Shown here piece after piece: positions 29,873 through 41,347 of a stretch of 64,000 bases of DNA. The notes beneath the pieces were generated by a model. The model was not told the DNA's origin and ran no database searches. It worked only from the letters and a program-made list of their open reading frames with translations. The translations under genes and the position numbers were made by a program. The stretch's first letter is position 1. The number at the start of each line of letters is the position of its first letter. The stretch lies in the IMG/VR virus record IMGVR_UViG_3300044640_002221, positions 1-64,000 of that record, one strand, 5' to 3'. Source of the stretch: a virus.

Positions 29873-31311
29873 TGCTTAACCTGCTGGCGTAACTGCTCTC
29901 TCAGTTTAAGATAGTTTATAGCTTGCTGGAGGTAGTCTGAGCGACGGCTATTAATCATAGTAGAAGTCTTGTGTCTGTACAGATGATGCTCTGCTAACTC
30001 TTGTAAAGAACTAATAGGCTTGGCTTTTTCTTCTGGTACTTGCTTCAGTAGCACTAGTAGGTCTGGTACTAGCAGTAGGTAATAGTCCAGAAGAGTTACT
30101 CCTAGTTGAAAGAACCATCTCAAGTCTAAGTTACTGCTGATTAACTCAAGCTCGGTAGCTCTACAAGATATCAAGTCTATTTGTAGTAACTTCTCTACTA
30201 AAGGTAAGTTCTGGTCTTGTCTGCTCAGTAGGTCTTCTAGCTTGTTGGTTAGATGTAAAAGGTCTTGAGGCATCAGAACGCACCATAACCTATTTTGGAT
30301 CTTAAAGAAGATAAGTAAACGTCACAGGTTCTTACCAAAGCTGCTAAAAAGGAAGGAGGAAGAATGTAATCCCCAAACTCTGCTCTTTGAGCAAACCAGC
30401 TATTACCTAACTCTACCTCTTGAATAGTTAGGATATTTATATTAAGGGTGGCAGTCTCTAAGCTTACTTTTCCTTCTGCTACTACTAGGTCAATTAGTTG
30501 TTGGTAGTCTTCAGACATTTAGATCCTCTATATCTTTTAGTTTCTGTAAACAACTAGGCATTTCTGAAACTCTTACATTATTTAGCCATTCCATAAACTC
30601 TGGCTCATACTGCCCTGTAGCTACTGCATCTACTACTCCAAACTGTTTATCTGGAAATAGGTCTTTCCACCACAGCGGAGGGTTTGTAGCTGAGTATCGG
30701 GACATTATGGTTTCTGTTGAGAGCGATCGCGCACTCTCTTCCCAAATCCTACTAATTTCTGGCAACCTTTCATTAATGTGAAGATGAGTAACTCCGTGCT
30801 CTAGTATTCTAAAAGCATGGTCTGCTGTCAGTCTTCCTCTATTCTCTTGCCAATTGTATCTTTCATATCCGCTAGAGTATACTTCATCAATTAACCACTG
30901 CCTGCGGTAGTCTGATAAGCACTTTGCCAGATAAGAACCTAAACAATTGGCATCAAACTTTGAATGGTAGAATGAACTGGCTGGTATGTCTTGCCGACTC
31001 AACACCAATTCTATCCGACTATACTCTCTTGATGCTTTAGCTGCCATCCACTCTACTAACCTAGTCAACAATGGTTGCCAGCCGGTGGAGTTTATCTCAG
31101 ATGGAAGGATCAACCTGTCGAAGTATTTGATATTGCCTGCAGTTTCTTCCTGATCAATAGCTTCTATTACTACTTCCTGTGTGCCATCAAAGGTTGGTTG
31201 AGCTAGTAGAACTGGATTGGTTATCTCTCCTACTAGCCACAGACAACATATGTTTAATGGACAAGCTACTAGCAAAGGATCAGTTTGTATTGCTAGATAG
31301 ATTTGTTTCAT
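29860..31311 (-). CDS. Three coupled hypothetical ORFs (29860-30273, 30273-30518, 30511-31311)
   Basis: ORF track; overlapping stops and starts. Confidence 0.55.
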
Positions 31312-31925
31312 GCGGATTCATTAGGTATGCCTAACAGGTCTAGAGCCTCTCTTAATAGCTTTGAGGGGAAACTCCCACCAAATACTGTAATGTAATCATC
31401 TTGATCATTAGGGTCTGGTATAGCTACTGCTGTATAATCATTGTCTATAAGCAGTTTGTTTTCCTTACTAATCTCACCAGAATCATAAGCGGCTTTTAGT
31501 TCTGCTAGTGTCTTGTACGTCTTCACTTCCGTTACTTTCTTTTTGTTCTCTTTTGGTTTGACTACACTACCTACCCATTTAAGGTTTGTCACTGCATTAT
31601 TGAAGGGATTTCCATCTATATGAATAAGACTTGCTACTTTAGGCTCTTTTAGAAAGGTTGAGGCTACTAGCTTGCTAAGTTGAAACCAAGTCTTTATTCC
31701 TTCTTTACTTAGAATTACTCTTTCACTGCCGCTACTGCGCTCTCCTGTTAGTAGTACACCTTTAATCTCAGACTGATATTCTCTTCCTTTATTAGAGGTT
31801 AGTTTTATTCTGTCTAAGCTTCTAACTCTACCTAAATCACTTACTTGATACAGCCCTTCATACTCTGCTACATCTCGCCATTCTTCTTGTTCTAACTGTT
31901 TATCCACTTTAAGTAACTCCTCCAA
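31308..31925 (-). CDS. NUMOD4 + HNH homing-endonuclease-like protein
   Basis: EEWRDVAEYEGLYQVSDLGRVRS; HIDGNPFNNAVTNLKW. Confidence 0.85.
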   Translation of the reverse strand: MEELLKVDKQLEQEEWRDVAEYEGLYQVSDLGRVRSLDRIKLTSNKGREYQSEIKGVLLTGERSSGSERVILSKEGIKTWFQLSKLVASTFLKEPKVASLIHIDGNPFNNAVTNLKWVGSVVKPKENKKKVTEVKTYKTLAELKAAYDSGEISKENKLLIDNDYTAVAIPDPNDQDDYITVFGGSFPSKLLREALDLLGIPNESA

Positions 31926-33100
31926 CTTTCATGTTTCTTCATTATGTAACTTTCTAGCCTTTCTATCTCAACAGGCTCCTCCACAGCTTCATGCAAAGCC
32001 CAAAGCAAACTATGATGCTGCTTTACCTCACTCTTACCAAAGACTTCTAGAGCCACTCTGTGTAGCGGCATCACAGTCTTGTTAAGTAAGTCCTTGTAGG
32101 TATCTACATCATACTCAATAGCGACGAACAGTTCATTGAGGTCTTTAATACCGGGCAGGTCTGGGACTTTCCAAGTAAAGATGGGTATTCTCAGCTCAAT
32201 AGCCAACTCACACAGATAAGGAGTAATCTGACTCCAGCTTTTGTATTGTCCAGCTTGTGCTGTGCCTAGCGGATACTTGTCTCTGTCAAATATTGCTAGT
32301 AGATGCGTGCAGTGTTTTAAGTCCTTAGCATGAGGTAGTAAAGGTATGTTCACATTAAAGGTAGCGATCGCTGGTTCTCCCATTTCCATTAAACTCCGGC
32401 AGTCACTAATGCCCTCTACTATCACAGCATAATCATGAGTTTTAATACCATGAAGATTGTATAAGTAATTAGTTATAGAGGGAGTACCTTTATCTGCCAG
32501 CCAGCGGCGTTGTGGGTCTACACCAAGATTTCTACCTTGTAGGTGAACTAACGAACCTCTGCTGTTGCGAATAGGAAAGATTAGATGCTCATCATAAATC
32601 TCTTTATCCGCAGACCACATCAGACCTAGCTCTTCTAGTTGAGTTTTATCTAAACCCTTCTGTTGTAAAAGAGTAGAACTGTTAGAAAAACCAAAATCTT
32701 TTTGCTGTAGAGTCTGTTTCCAGCCTCTTGACAAACAATACTCTGCTACTCTGTCTTTTGAGCTTTTTAGTTCTTCTTGATAGATGTTAAAGGCTTTATC
32801 CATACCTTTCAAGCGAGCACGGTATTTTCTGGTTTCTACTGTACTATCAACGTGCTGTAAAAGAAGCTGCCACGCCTCTCTAAAGGATGAAGCGAGTTTT
32901 GCATCTTCTAGCAGAGTAAACACGTCTCCCTTAGCTCCACAGCGGAAGCACTTGTAAACCTTCTCGTAATAAACTTTGAATGCTTTAGAAGACTGACAAA
33001 AAGGACAAGGTTGGTAGCTTTGTCCTGGAGTGATTGGGATATTAAAGAGAGAAGCTACCTTAGAAACGGTTAAAGCTTCTTTAATTTGTTGAGCATCCAT
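31892..33100 (-). CDS. dnaG: DNA primase (Zn-binding + TOPRIM)
   Basis: CPFC...YKCFRCGAKGDVF; LIFPIRN; IVEGISD; FDRD. Confidence 0.88.
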   Translation of the reverse strand: MDAQQIKEALTVSKVASLFNIPITPGQSYQPCPFCQSSKAFKVYYEKVYKCFRCGAKGDVFTLLEDAKLASSFREAWQLLLQHVDSTVETRKYRARLKGMDKAFNIYQEELKSSKDRVAEYCLSRGWKQTLQQKDFGFSNSSTLLQQKGLDKTQLEELGLMWSADKEIYDEHLIFPIRNSRGSLVHLQGRNLGVDPQRRWLADKGTPSITNYLYNLHGIKTHDYAVIVEGISDCRSLMEMGEPAIATFNVNIPLLPHAKDLKHCTHLLAIFDRDKYPLGTAQAGQYKSWSQITPYLCELAIELRIPIFTWKVPDLPGIKDLNELFVAIEYDVDTYKDLLNKTVMPLHRVALEVFGKSEVKQHHSLLWALHEAVEEPVEIERLESYIMKKHESWRSYLKWINS

Positions 33101-33140
33101 TTTAGTAGAGGGTAGAGAGCTCTCTCCATTGTATTAAATT

Positions 33141-33557
33141 TTAGTCTTGAACTCTCTTTAACTCTTCAGAATACTTTCTTTGATAAGTCACGTAATAAGT
33201 ACCTGGTGGTAGAATTTGGTCTCCATGTTCAGGATGTGTTAACAAAGTAGGGTTGGGGTTTACCCAAACTGGTCCTTGCAGAGCATTAGGATTGAGTAAG
33301 CTATAAAACTTACCCTCTTTTACAGATTCTTGGTCTAAGCAATGTCTACTACCTCTTGTTGATCCAGGTGCTAATTGATAAACTGGTTTTGACTCTTTTA
33401 ACTCTGGGAAGCCTTCTAAAGAATCAAACCTATATATGTAAATATCTCCTTGGTCTGAACGGCTGTTGGTTAAAGTAAATACCGGGGTTTTTGTGCTATC
33501 ATCAGCATTTGTCTGTCCGTGCTGAAGAATCTCTTTAATTACTGTTGTGGCTGTCAT
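33141..33557 (-). CDS. Conserved small phage protein usually paired with DUF6745 proteins
   Basis: QGDIYI, GSTRGSRH, THPEHGDQILPPGTYYVTYQRKY. Confidence 0.6.
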   Translation of the reverse strand: MTATTVIKEILQHGQTNADDSTKTPVFTLTNSRSDQGDIYIYRFDSLEGFPELKESKPVYQLAPGSTRGSRHCLDQESVKEGKFYSLLNPNALQGPVWVNPNPTLLTHPEHGDQILPPGTYYVTYQRKYSEELKRVQD

Positions 33558-33561
33558 AGTT

Positions 33562-34749
33562 TTAAGTCCTTAATACTGGGTAAGTTTCTGTTGGTCTAAA
33601 CGAAAAGCCAGAAAAAGCTTCTTCTGGGGCTTGTAGGTAATGCTGTGCCTCTTGGCAGGTTTTGCATTTAGGATCAACTTCTAGGGCGTAAGGACGACCA
33701 GTTGAAGGGTCATAAGTGCAGAGAACTTTAATGTCGTTTAATTGCATTAAAGATTCCATCCAAGTTGTACCAGACTGTAGTTTGATAATCTTGGTTTCTA
33801 CCACTTCTGCCTTTGACCGCTGTAAGTAATCTGTCCAGCCATAGCGTTCAATTCTGACTCTCTTCACCTCCTCATTTTCTTCTGAGTTTATCTGCTCCAG
33901 CGTTTGTGTTTTTGGGTGTAATACTATTTGCTCATCTACTTTAACTCCATTAATAGCCCAAATACAAAAACCATCTTTGTATGCAACTGCAGGACTATCT
34001 TCAGAGTGAATTACACCTTCTAATAAATTACACGTTACAGGTTTCTCTGACAGAATACAAATGTTCTCTCTTGGAATCCACCACCCACAGTTATCTACAA
34101 GATTCATTAATGGTTTTAGTTTTTCTGCTTCTTTAATTTTTAACACCTCTAAAAAGAAGTTATAAAAACCTAGCCAATAAGCATCTTGGGAGCCATAAGC
34201 TGAAGCCCAGACTGAATCCCAGACTGAATCCCAGACTGAATCCCCGACTGAAGCCCTGACTGAATCCCCGACTGAAGCCCCGACTGAAGCCCTGACTGAA
34301 TCCCAGACTGAATCCCAGACTGAATACCAGACTGAATCCCCGACTGAAGCCCTGACTGAATCCCCGACTGAAGCCCCGACTGAAGCCCTGACTGAATCCC
34401 AGACTGAATCCCAGACTGAATACCAGACTGAATCCCCGACTGAAGCCCTGACTGAATCCCCGACTGAAGCCCCGACTGAAGCCCTGACTGAATCCCCGAC
34501 TGAAGCCCCGACTGAAGCTTTACTTTTATTTTTCAACACATTGTCAGTAATCACTAAACTTAAAGGAGAGTCGCACCACACAAACTCTTCTGGAGGTTTT
34601 AACCCAGCTATTAGGTAAGCTTCTTTAGCAGCTTTTTCTGCTAGACTTCTATTGCAAGGTTCTGTGCTTAATCCTATCTTCAGCCATTTATCTCTGTAGA
34701 CAGGTAGGAGTGCTTCTTGCTCTGCTGTTAACTTTTCAATTTTGTTCAT
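33562..34749 (-). CDS. DUF6745-like protein with an (A/D/Y)SV(G/R/W) tetrapeptide repeat
   Basis: N-terminal KLTAEQEALLPVYRDKWLKIGLST; after the repeat AYGSQDAYWLGFYNF...CGWWIP...ICILSEKP...HSEDSPAVAYKDGFCIWAINGV. Confidence 0.7.
   Translation of the reverse strand: MNKIEKLTAEQEALLPVYRDKWLKIGLSTEPCNRSLAEKAAKEAYLIAGLKPPEEFVWCDSPLSLVITDNVLKNKSKASVGASVGDSVRASVGASVGDSVRASVGDSVWYSVWDSVWDSVRASVGASVGDSVRASVGDSVWYSVWDSVWDSVRASVGASVGDSVRASVGDSVWDSVWDSVWASAYGSQDAYWLGFYNFFLEVLKIKEAEKLKPLMNLVDNCGWWIPRENICILSEKPVTCNLLEGVIHSEDSPAVAYKDGFCIWAINGVKVDEQIVLHPKTQTLEQINSEENEEVKRVRIERYGWTDYLQRSKAEVVETKIIKLQSGTTWMESLMQLNDIKVLCTYDPSTGRPYALEVDPKCKTCQEAQHYLQAPEEAFSGFSFRPTETYPVLRT
34201..34518. repeat. Coding 12-bp tandem repeat, 26 units, with a 96-bp higher-order block
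   Basis: Units GACTGAA(T/G)(C/A)CC(C/A/T). The eight-unit block ASVG-ASVG-DSVR-ASVG-DSVW-YSVW-DSVW-DSVR occurs twice, plus partial copies. Confidence 0.95.
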
Positions 34750-35100
34750 TTTTATCTTGTTTCTCCTTCTCTTGCCTTTTTTATTGTACCCAACAGTAGA
34801 CGTTTACATTCGGGTTCTTTTTGATGTAGTCTTGAATCTTATCCCAGCTATCTAGTGAGCAGACATAGCTGTGAAGCTGCTGTAGAGTCTGTAATAAGTC
34901 CATAGCCTTGTTACCTGAAAGTTCATTGAGAAAATCACAAACTCTAGTGTCAGAATCCGGCAGGGTATCTCTTGCTCTACCAAAGTCAAAGCAGTTCTCT
35001 GAGGAAGCATGGTCATAAAAGCTCTCACCATACCTAGCTGCTTCTTCTTCTAACCTTTTGTACTCTTCAGCCTCTAAAAGAATTAGGTCTACATCAACAC

Positions 35101-36609
35101 TCATACGCTATCCTGCCTGTAGTTTTCACTCTTGTCATAAGCCTGACAAGCTCTTTCTATCTCAATACCTAAGTAACCTAGATGGGCTGCTTGAATACCT
35201 GGATTAGCCGCAGCTATTTGTCTTACCAGTCTTAGTGGAATAGTGCCCTTATACTCTCTGACTGCTTGACCACCCGGAGTTGTTTGAGTAACCAGTACAT
35301 CAAAGTCTTCTACTGTAATTACGAAGTTACCGACTGGATCGCTGTAATCAACTTTTAGTTGATAGTGTTCTTTCAAGACATCATCTGTATGTTGGAAAGA
35401 ATGACCGTAGATGTGAGCTGACTGTGAATTGATTATTAGTTCTCCTGCGATGTAACTGTCATCCAGATACTTTAATAGCACGTCCTGCAGCCGCCGCAAT
35501 GCCATGACATTACTGGGGTAAGCAGTGTACATATCATGAGAGCGGAAGGTAGCTATCATAATTAATCTTTTATCTATCAGTCGCACCCAGATGTTAGTCA
35601 AGCACGGAGGATTCTTGGAGTTAGTGTCTGTAGCAACATTCCAAAGCGAGATTGTACATTGAGAAGAGTCTGGGTTGGCTATAAGTTTGTTAGCTACTTC
35701 GGCTATCTGGTCTGTGGTTATAATCTCATCTTTGATACCTTCATACCACTTAAAAGCTCTAATCTTAGAGCCATAATTATAAGACACGCCTTCTGATATC
35801 TCACCTGTAACCATATAAGGTAGATAGCCTTCCATGAAGTCTGGTGTTACAGGTAGCCAAGGCTCAAAGTGAAAGTCTGCTGGCTCTGCTGCTACTACAG
35901 AAGTCATTTGAATTAATTCCTGTCTTTCACCGTACTGTGAGGCTGTCAGTCTACCAGTAGACCTGATTAAGTGAATAGCCTTTAACCATACTTCTGCTAC
36001 TGTCTGTCCTTTCACTAGATGCCCAGAGAGATCTCCCGGAAGGGTTGGGGATTCTGGTTTTGGTACTTCTACCATGACTGGTTCAGCATATTGTTTAAAG
36101 GGGTCAGACCCTTCTATAAATAAGTAGTGGCGAACCTTGTTGTGCTCTCTCAAATCTTTTACAAGGGTGTCAAGATTAGAAAACAGCGTGAAGTAGGTTA
36201 AGTTATTAAGAGTTGTTCTTAAAGACTCTTCTGGCACAACTAAGTCTACCCTCCCATTAACTTGAGACTTTGGCTTATAGTAGTTAGACTCTTTAGTAAA
36301 TGTTTCTCTTAAGGAAGAAGTAACATTAATTAAGTCATAGAAGCAACGACTAGCCCCTGCTATCTCATCTTGCCTTGTAGCAGACAGAACATAAACATCC
36401 CAGTTATGAGGATTGGCTAACAGGTTAACTATCAGCGGGGTTAAGCCATACATTGGGCTGTATAAGTTACCAATACAAGCGTACTCATGTGGTTCTAGTA
36501 ACTTAGCCACCCGCTCTTTAGGAGTCCAGCCAGTGATAATGATTGCCCTACCAGTTCCAACGATCAGTTCGTTGGCTCGGCATATTGGTTTGTACTGTGG
36601 GTTATTCAT
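35101..36609 (-). CDS. thyA: Thymidylate synthase with an extra N-terminal domain and a C-terminal DUF4346-like domain
   Basis: PPCLTNIW (catalytic Cys), FRSHDM, YPSNV, SAHIY; C-terminal DPVGNFVI...HLGYLGIEIERA...YRQD. Confidence 0.85.
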   Translation of the reverse strand: MNNPQYKPICRANELIVGTGRAIIITGWTPKERVAKLLEPHEYACIGNLYSPMYGLTPLIVNLLANPHNWDVYVLSATRQDEIAGASRCFYDLINVTSSLRETFTKESNYYKPKSQVNGRVDLVVPEESLRTTLNNLTYFTLFSNLDTLVKDLREHNKVRHYLFIEGSDPFKQYAEPVMVEVPKPESPTLPGDLSGHLVKGQTVAEVWLKAIHLIRSTGRLTASQYGERQELIQMTSVVAAEPADFHFEPWLPVTPDFMEGYLPYMVTGEISEGVSYNYGSKIRAFKWYEGIKDEIITTDQIAEVANKLIANPDSSQCTISLWNVATDTNSKNPPCLTNIWVRLIDKRLIMIATFRSHDMYTAYPSNVMALRRLQDVLLKYLDDSYIAGELIINSQSAHIYGHSFQHTDDVLKEHYQLKVDYSDPVGNFVITVEDFDVLVTQTTPGGQAVREYKGTIPLRLVRQIAAANPGIQAAHLGYLGIEIERACQAYDKSENYRQDSV

Positions 36610-37136
36610 CTACTGACTCCTGTAATCTTTCAGCCTCACAAAGCGACTGGTGAGCCTGCTCCATTAAATGCTTAATCTTAACTACTTTATCTTCTTTTGG
36701 TTCAGCAGCTTCCTTTTGAGATTCTTTGTATAGACGTAGATACTCAGCGGCATCCTCTTTTGAGGCAAAAAAGTAACCTAAACGCCATCTAGCGTTTGTG
36801 GCAGACCAAGCTTTTGTTATGCTTGTTATGTTTCCTTTACAGTCACAGGGCGTAGCTGGTAACAACTGTTGCTCTCCAAAAGTTTCTTCTTTGGCTACTC
36901 CCAAAGCATAAAGGTAAGTAGTTCCTCGCTTTACTACTATCCACTCTGTTATTACTCCTCCCTCTCCAAGTCTGTAAAGGCTTTTATATTTCTCTTTTTT
37001 TGGTTTGGTCATAGTTTAAGATTTGAACTCTTTCTCTTTTCTTTTTTTATTTATAAACACACAAACATCATAAAACTTTTTGAAGCTTTATGATGTAGTT
37101 ATATACGTGCTAATCCTACAGTCTTAAGCTACTAAT

Positions 37137-37931
37137 TTATCTACTTACTAATCTCTTACCTGTACGAACTCTATCCATAGCCCATAGTAACTTTTTGTAT
37201 AACTCTTCTAGCTTCTGTTTGGTACTATCAGAATATCTATCCTCTTCTTCTTCTTCTGCTAGACTTTGCATCTCAAGAATGGCGTAAACACCCACTTCTT
37301 TAGGCTTAAAAAACCTCTTAAATAACTTATTACCAATGCTCTCTTTTGAAGATAGCAGACGAGAGTATACGCTCTTAATTCCCAAACTATCTAGATAAAC
37401 AATACATCCTGGGCTAAGAGTAGAGTCTTCTATTGATAAGTTTAAAAACTTATCATCTGAGTATCTTTTAATCTCTTCGCTTATTCTTTCTATATCTATA
37501 TCTTTTAAAATATTTTTTACAGACTCAATACCTTGTCTGCGGGCTTCATACTTTACAGTCATCTTTGTAAAGTGTAGTTTACCCCAATTAGTTCCATTAT
37601 GTAATATTCCCAAACACACTCTGTCTGAGTGTGATATAGTCAGCATCTCTTTTAAAATATTTTCTATATACTCTCTATCTTGAAAGTGCTCTGGTTTAAG
37701 ATAGGCTACAACGTTCTTTCTTGCTGTCTCACCTGCTTCTACGAGGTTAATTATATTAGTAATTATGTTAGCTGTTAAAAATAAACCTATCACTCCAAGA
37801 ACTAAAGCACCATCGTAAGTTAAATAACCGGTGTCTTTATACTGCTTAATTATTTGTATGCCGGTTTCTACAGAAATATGGTGATTAGACTGTTGTTTTT
37901 CGGTTGGTGTGTGAGCAATTTGGTTAACCAT
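37137..37931 (-). CDS. Membrane-anchored protein with a possible GAF-like domain
   Basis: Hydrophobic GALVLGVIGLFLTANIITNII followed by ENILKEML...DRVCLGILHNG. Confidence 0.4.
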   Translation of the reverse strand: MVNQIAHTPTEKQQSNHHISVETGIQIIKQYKDTGYLTYDGALVLGVIGLFLTANIITNIINLVEAGETARKNVVAYLKPEHFQDREYIENILKEMLTISHSDRVCLGILHNGTNWGKLHFTKMTVKYEARRQGIESVKNILKDIDIERISEEIKRYSDDKFLNLSIEDSTLSPGCIVYLDSLGIKSVYSRLLSSKESIGNKLFKRFFKPKEVGVYAILEMQSLAEEEEEDRYSDSTKQKLEELYKKLLWAMDRVRTGKRLVSR

Positions 37932-40390
37932 TGTTCTAAACTCTGTGAATACACTACCAGCTTAAACTAAGAAGCTGGTAGTGTGGGGCTCAATAATGTT
38001 TTGGTTGTGCAGCTTTATCGCTCTTCACAGTAGAAAAGCCACAAAGTTATACTCAACTCTCTCTCATCAATAGAAGTATTAGCTTTAAATTGGAACCTGT
38101 ACTTTTTACTAGAGTCTACTTTTTCGGCTAGTTCGCTCATTAAAGCTTTGCGAAGATTTCTTTTTACTTCAGTTACTACATCTTCATTCTCATGCTCTTT
38201 ATCTATGTAGAAAACCCTCTGCAAGACTCTTGTGTCTAACCAGCTTTGTCTTCTAGCTTGCTGATGATTTATCAACTCTGTCATGTCAACCGGATTTGTA
38301 GGACACCAAGCATAGTAGCCAGAAGGTAACTGTCTAAGAACAAATTGATGCTCTGAGTAGTTAATTCTTAGCAACCTTGGCGGTGTTAACAAACTATACG
38401 CTTCAAGAGCAACCTTTTCATATAGAGGTTTTCTAATAACAAAAGTCTCACCTCCATTGTAATGATTAGCTTCTAAAGCTTTATTGTAAGTGCAGAACTT
38501 ATCTAAACAAAGCTGTAGTAGGTCGCTATTAGTTGTAAGAATACTATCACTCATCAAAATCCTCCTCTTGCAAGATAAAGTTTGACTCCTCTAATTTGTA
38601 GGGTGTCTTCACACAATCAGCTACTTGCTGCTGTACTTCAGACTTATAAACAATAGTTTCTACTATCTTGTTAGGTACTGTGGCAAGTTTGGCTAAGGCT
38701 GGCAGGCGATCGCTCTTTTTAAGATATACACCACCTTGAAGTACCAGCAAAAGCTTCCCAAAAGCCCAGGCGGCTAGATAAGAACTGTAAGTTCTGTTAT
38801 CTACAGAGGGCATAAAGAAACTGGTAGAGGCTTTTCTGTTAGGCTGCCAAGCCACGTACCAGCTCTTAGTGAACACTCCTTTAAATTCAGGAGAGTTAAA
38901 TAATTTCATTATTTCTTTGTTAGTGGGTTAATAAACACAGCAAACACCCAGGCTATTACAAACGTCCCTACTACTATCCAGAATCTACTTTGGTTTGTTA
39001 TAGTCTGTACAAACAAACTAACTAGATAGGCTATAAAGCTCATAAGTGTAGAAAATAATAGCGGTGCGGCTTCAAACATTTAGTTACCTTCTTTGATTAC
39101 AGATTTTATTATGTCAGTAAGACAAAGATTAACAGATGCTGAGCCTGTTTTTTTAAAAAAACAATGGTAAAAAAAGAAGAAAGAAGAAAGAAGATAATAA
39201 GCCGAGTTCTTTTACCTAGAAACTCTAATGATGCTTTTATCAGGTCAATCATCTGAGAATAGTCTCTTAATTTCTTCTAAGTTATCCCCTCCATTTAGAG
39301 GATGGTCATCATGCCACTCTCCAATCTCTGCTTCTTTCACCTTTATTACTATGGGGTTTATGCAGTGGTTAGGATAACGAGCATTACTTAAGACTTCTTC
39401 AATACCTTCTGCTCCAAGGTTATCGTGATCGTTTATTAATACAGTCAGCAAGTATGCTTTCATGTTATTAAACTCCTCAAAAACTCTGTGAATATTTCTA
39501 CTACCAACTTTCTGTCTGGTGGGTCTTCTTGCTCAAATTCTACTATAGCTGCAAGCCAATACCCTGGTTGGTACAGGTCTATTCTAGTGTCTCGCATAAC
39601 GTGATGCTCTTTATGAATATTCAAGACTAAAATACATCCCGGAAGCTGTGGAGCTATATCAAAGCGAGATTGTCTAGAGCTTTTGGCTATAAAGCCATCA
39701 TTTCTGAGAATAAGAAAAGCTGCCCACTGTGGGAACAATTCAGAGTCCTTGTGCTTCTTCTGCTCTCTACACGCTATGTATTGTAAGTCTTTACCTTCTA
39801 ATAGTTGCTTTAATTTACCTTGAGTCTCTATTGTTTGACCTCTAAGTTGTAAATGAGGAATAGGACTGCTATAAGGATAAAAGTCTTGATGAATACCTGC
39901 TTGGTACATTAATTCACTGCGGGAGCTAAACTCTTGCCATTGATCTATTAACATTGGTCTGCTTGATTATCTAAAAGAAGTTTTAACCATTTGCTTGTTT
40001 TTGTTAGTGTGTTACCCTTTTCTTTTTCTTCAATACTTGCAAGTTGTTCTATTTCTGTAAGGTAGTGGTCATAATTATTAGGGGCGAATAATTTGTCTGG
40101 TATAAGTCCTAGCAATCTCTTTTGAGTCTGGAGTTCTTTACTACCTTTACAGGCTAAAACAAAATCTTCTACAGAATGAAATACACAAACAGTATTAATT
40201 TCTACAAAGCAGTTGATACAAGTATTCCAAAAAGCAAAATCTGTAGCTGCTGGCTCTCCGGTATCTTCCTCAAGTTGTATCTGGTCTCCTATCCAAATAA
40301 ATCTCATCATTTTCTTTACTTCCATGTAATAAATAATCTCTATCTCTAGGAAAGTATTTAATAACAGATACTTTCCTGGAGACTTTTATT

Positions 40391-41347
40391 TTAAACCATT
40401 GCCAGTGCGCGTTCTTCAGCTTTAGCTAAGAAGTTAGCGTCGCTGCCAAACCATATAGAGTTGAATCTGCTATCTTTATTAGAGCTTTTAGCATGAGTAA
40501 CCCACTCCGTCAACGAGTTGAAGGCTGCATAAGCAGTACCACGCACACCATCAACCTGTAGATCAAGTGAGCTATTATAAACAGCTAGAATCTTTCTGCA
40601 AGAACGTAGGTCTTCTAACTCAGCGGTAGTCTCTAATCTTTTACTAGCAGCTTTCAAGTCACTCACAAACAAGTCTTCCAAGTAGTTGCGGAACTGTTTG
40701 GTGCTAATGTTAGTAGCAGCCATTTGACGATACTTTACAACTGTGTTGTCAAAGCTCTTTCGACAGATATCAAGAGAAGCTTGAATCTCGGATAATGCAA
40801 TAGCAGCTTTAGAGTTATGCGAGATAGCTTTAAATGCTCCGCTTTCACCTAATGCCACCCTTAAAGTGTTGGCACAGACTACTCTCTCAGAAACAAACTT
40901 GACAATAGCTTTCATACTACCGTCATGGGAGTTTGCTAGTAGCAAGTAGTTCCTGATGCGATCACCTTCAATAACTTCTGTCTCTGAGTTCTCAATCTCT
41001 GCCGCGATCCAGCACTTTTTCCCGGAGTCTAAAATCCCTGCTGTGCTGATATAACAATCTCTCTCATGCAGAAAGGGGTCAAAGAACTTAAAAGCATCTT
41101 CGTTCTGAATAGGTCGGTAAACCTTCCCTACAGTTGCCAGGTATGCTCCTGTATCGTCTCTGTGGACTGCCTTTTTATCTGGTATCTCTTGACCACAAGA
41201 GCTTACAGGGTGTAAAGACACCTTCCAGTCTGCCCCTGCTAGTTTCAAAGCCTCAGAGGTGCTGTAGACTTTATCTTCTAGAACTGTTCCTAAACCATGC
41301 CAAGTCGGTTCTTTAACAAAGAATCCACTTTCAAATTGATGAGCCAT
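40391..41347 (-). CDS. DUF932 / TIGR03299 phage-plasmid protein
   Basis: MAHQFESGFFVKEPTWHGLG, YRPIQNEDAFKFFD, YLLLANSHDGS, RVVCANTL, GTAYAAFNSLTEW. Confidence 0.9.
   Translation of the reverse strand: MAHQFESGFFVKEPTWHGLGTVLEDKVYSTSEALKLAGADWKVSLHPVSSCGQEIPDKKAVHRDDTGAYLATVGKVYRPIQNEDAFKFFDPFLHERDCYISTAGILDSGKKCWIAAEIENSETEVIEGDRIRNYLLLANSHDGSMKAIVKFVSERVVCANTLRVALGESGAFKAISHNSKAAIALSEIQASLDICRKSFDNTVVKYRQMAATNISTKQFRNYLEDLFVSDLKAASKRLETTAELEDLRSCRKILAVYNSSLDLQVDGVRGTAYAAFNSLTEWVTHAKSSNKDSRFNSIWFGSDANFLAKAEERALAMV

Noticed and set aside
34201-34518. Possible CRISPR array
   Set aside because: Contiguous 12-bp units with no unique spacers, in frame within a CDS. No cas genes in the window.
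37103-37112. TACGTGCTA match as a distant trans partner for intron 4 P6a
   Set aside because: The true partner GUGCUA lies locally, just before the tRNA, and a 9-nt match is expected by chance.
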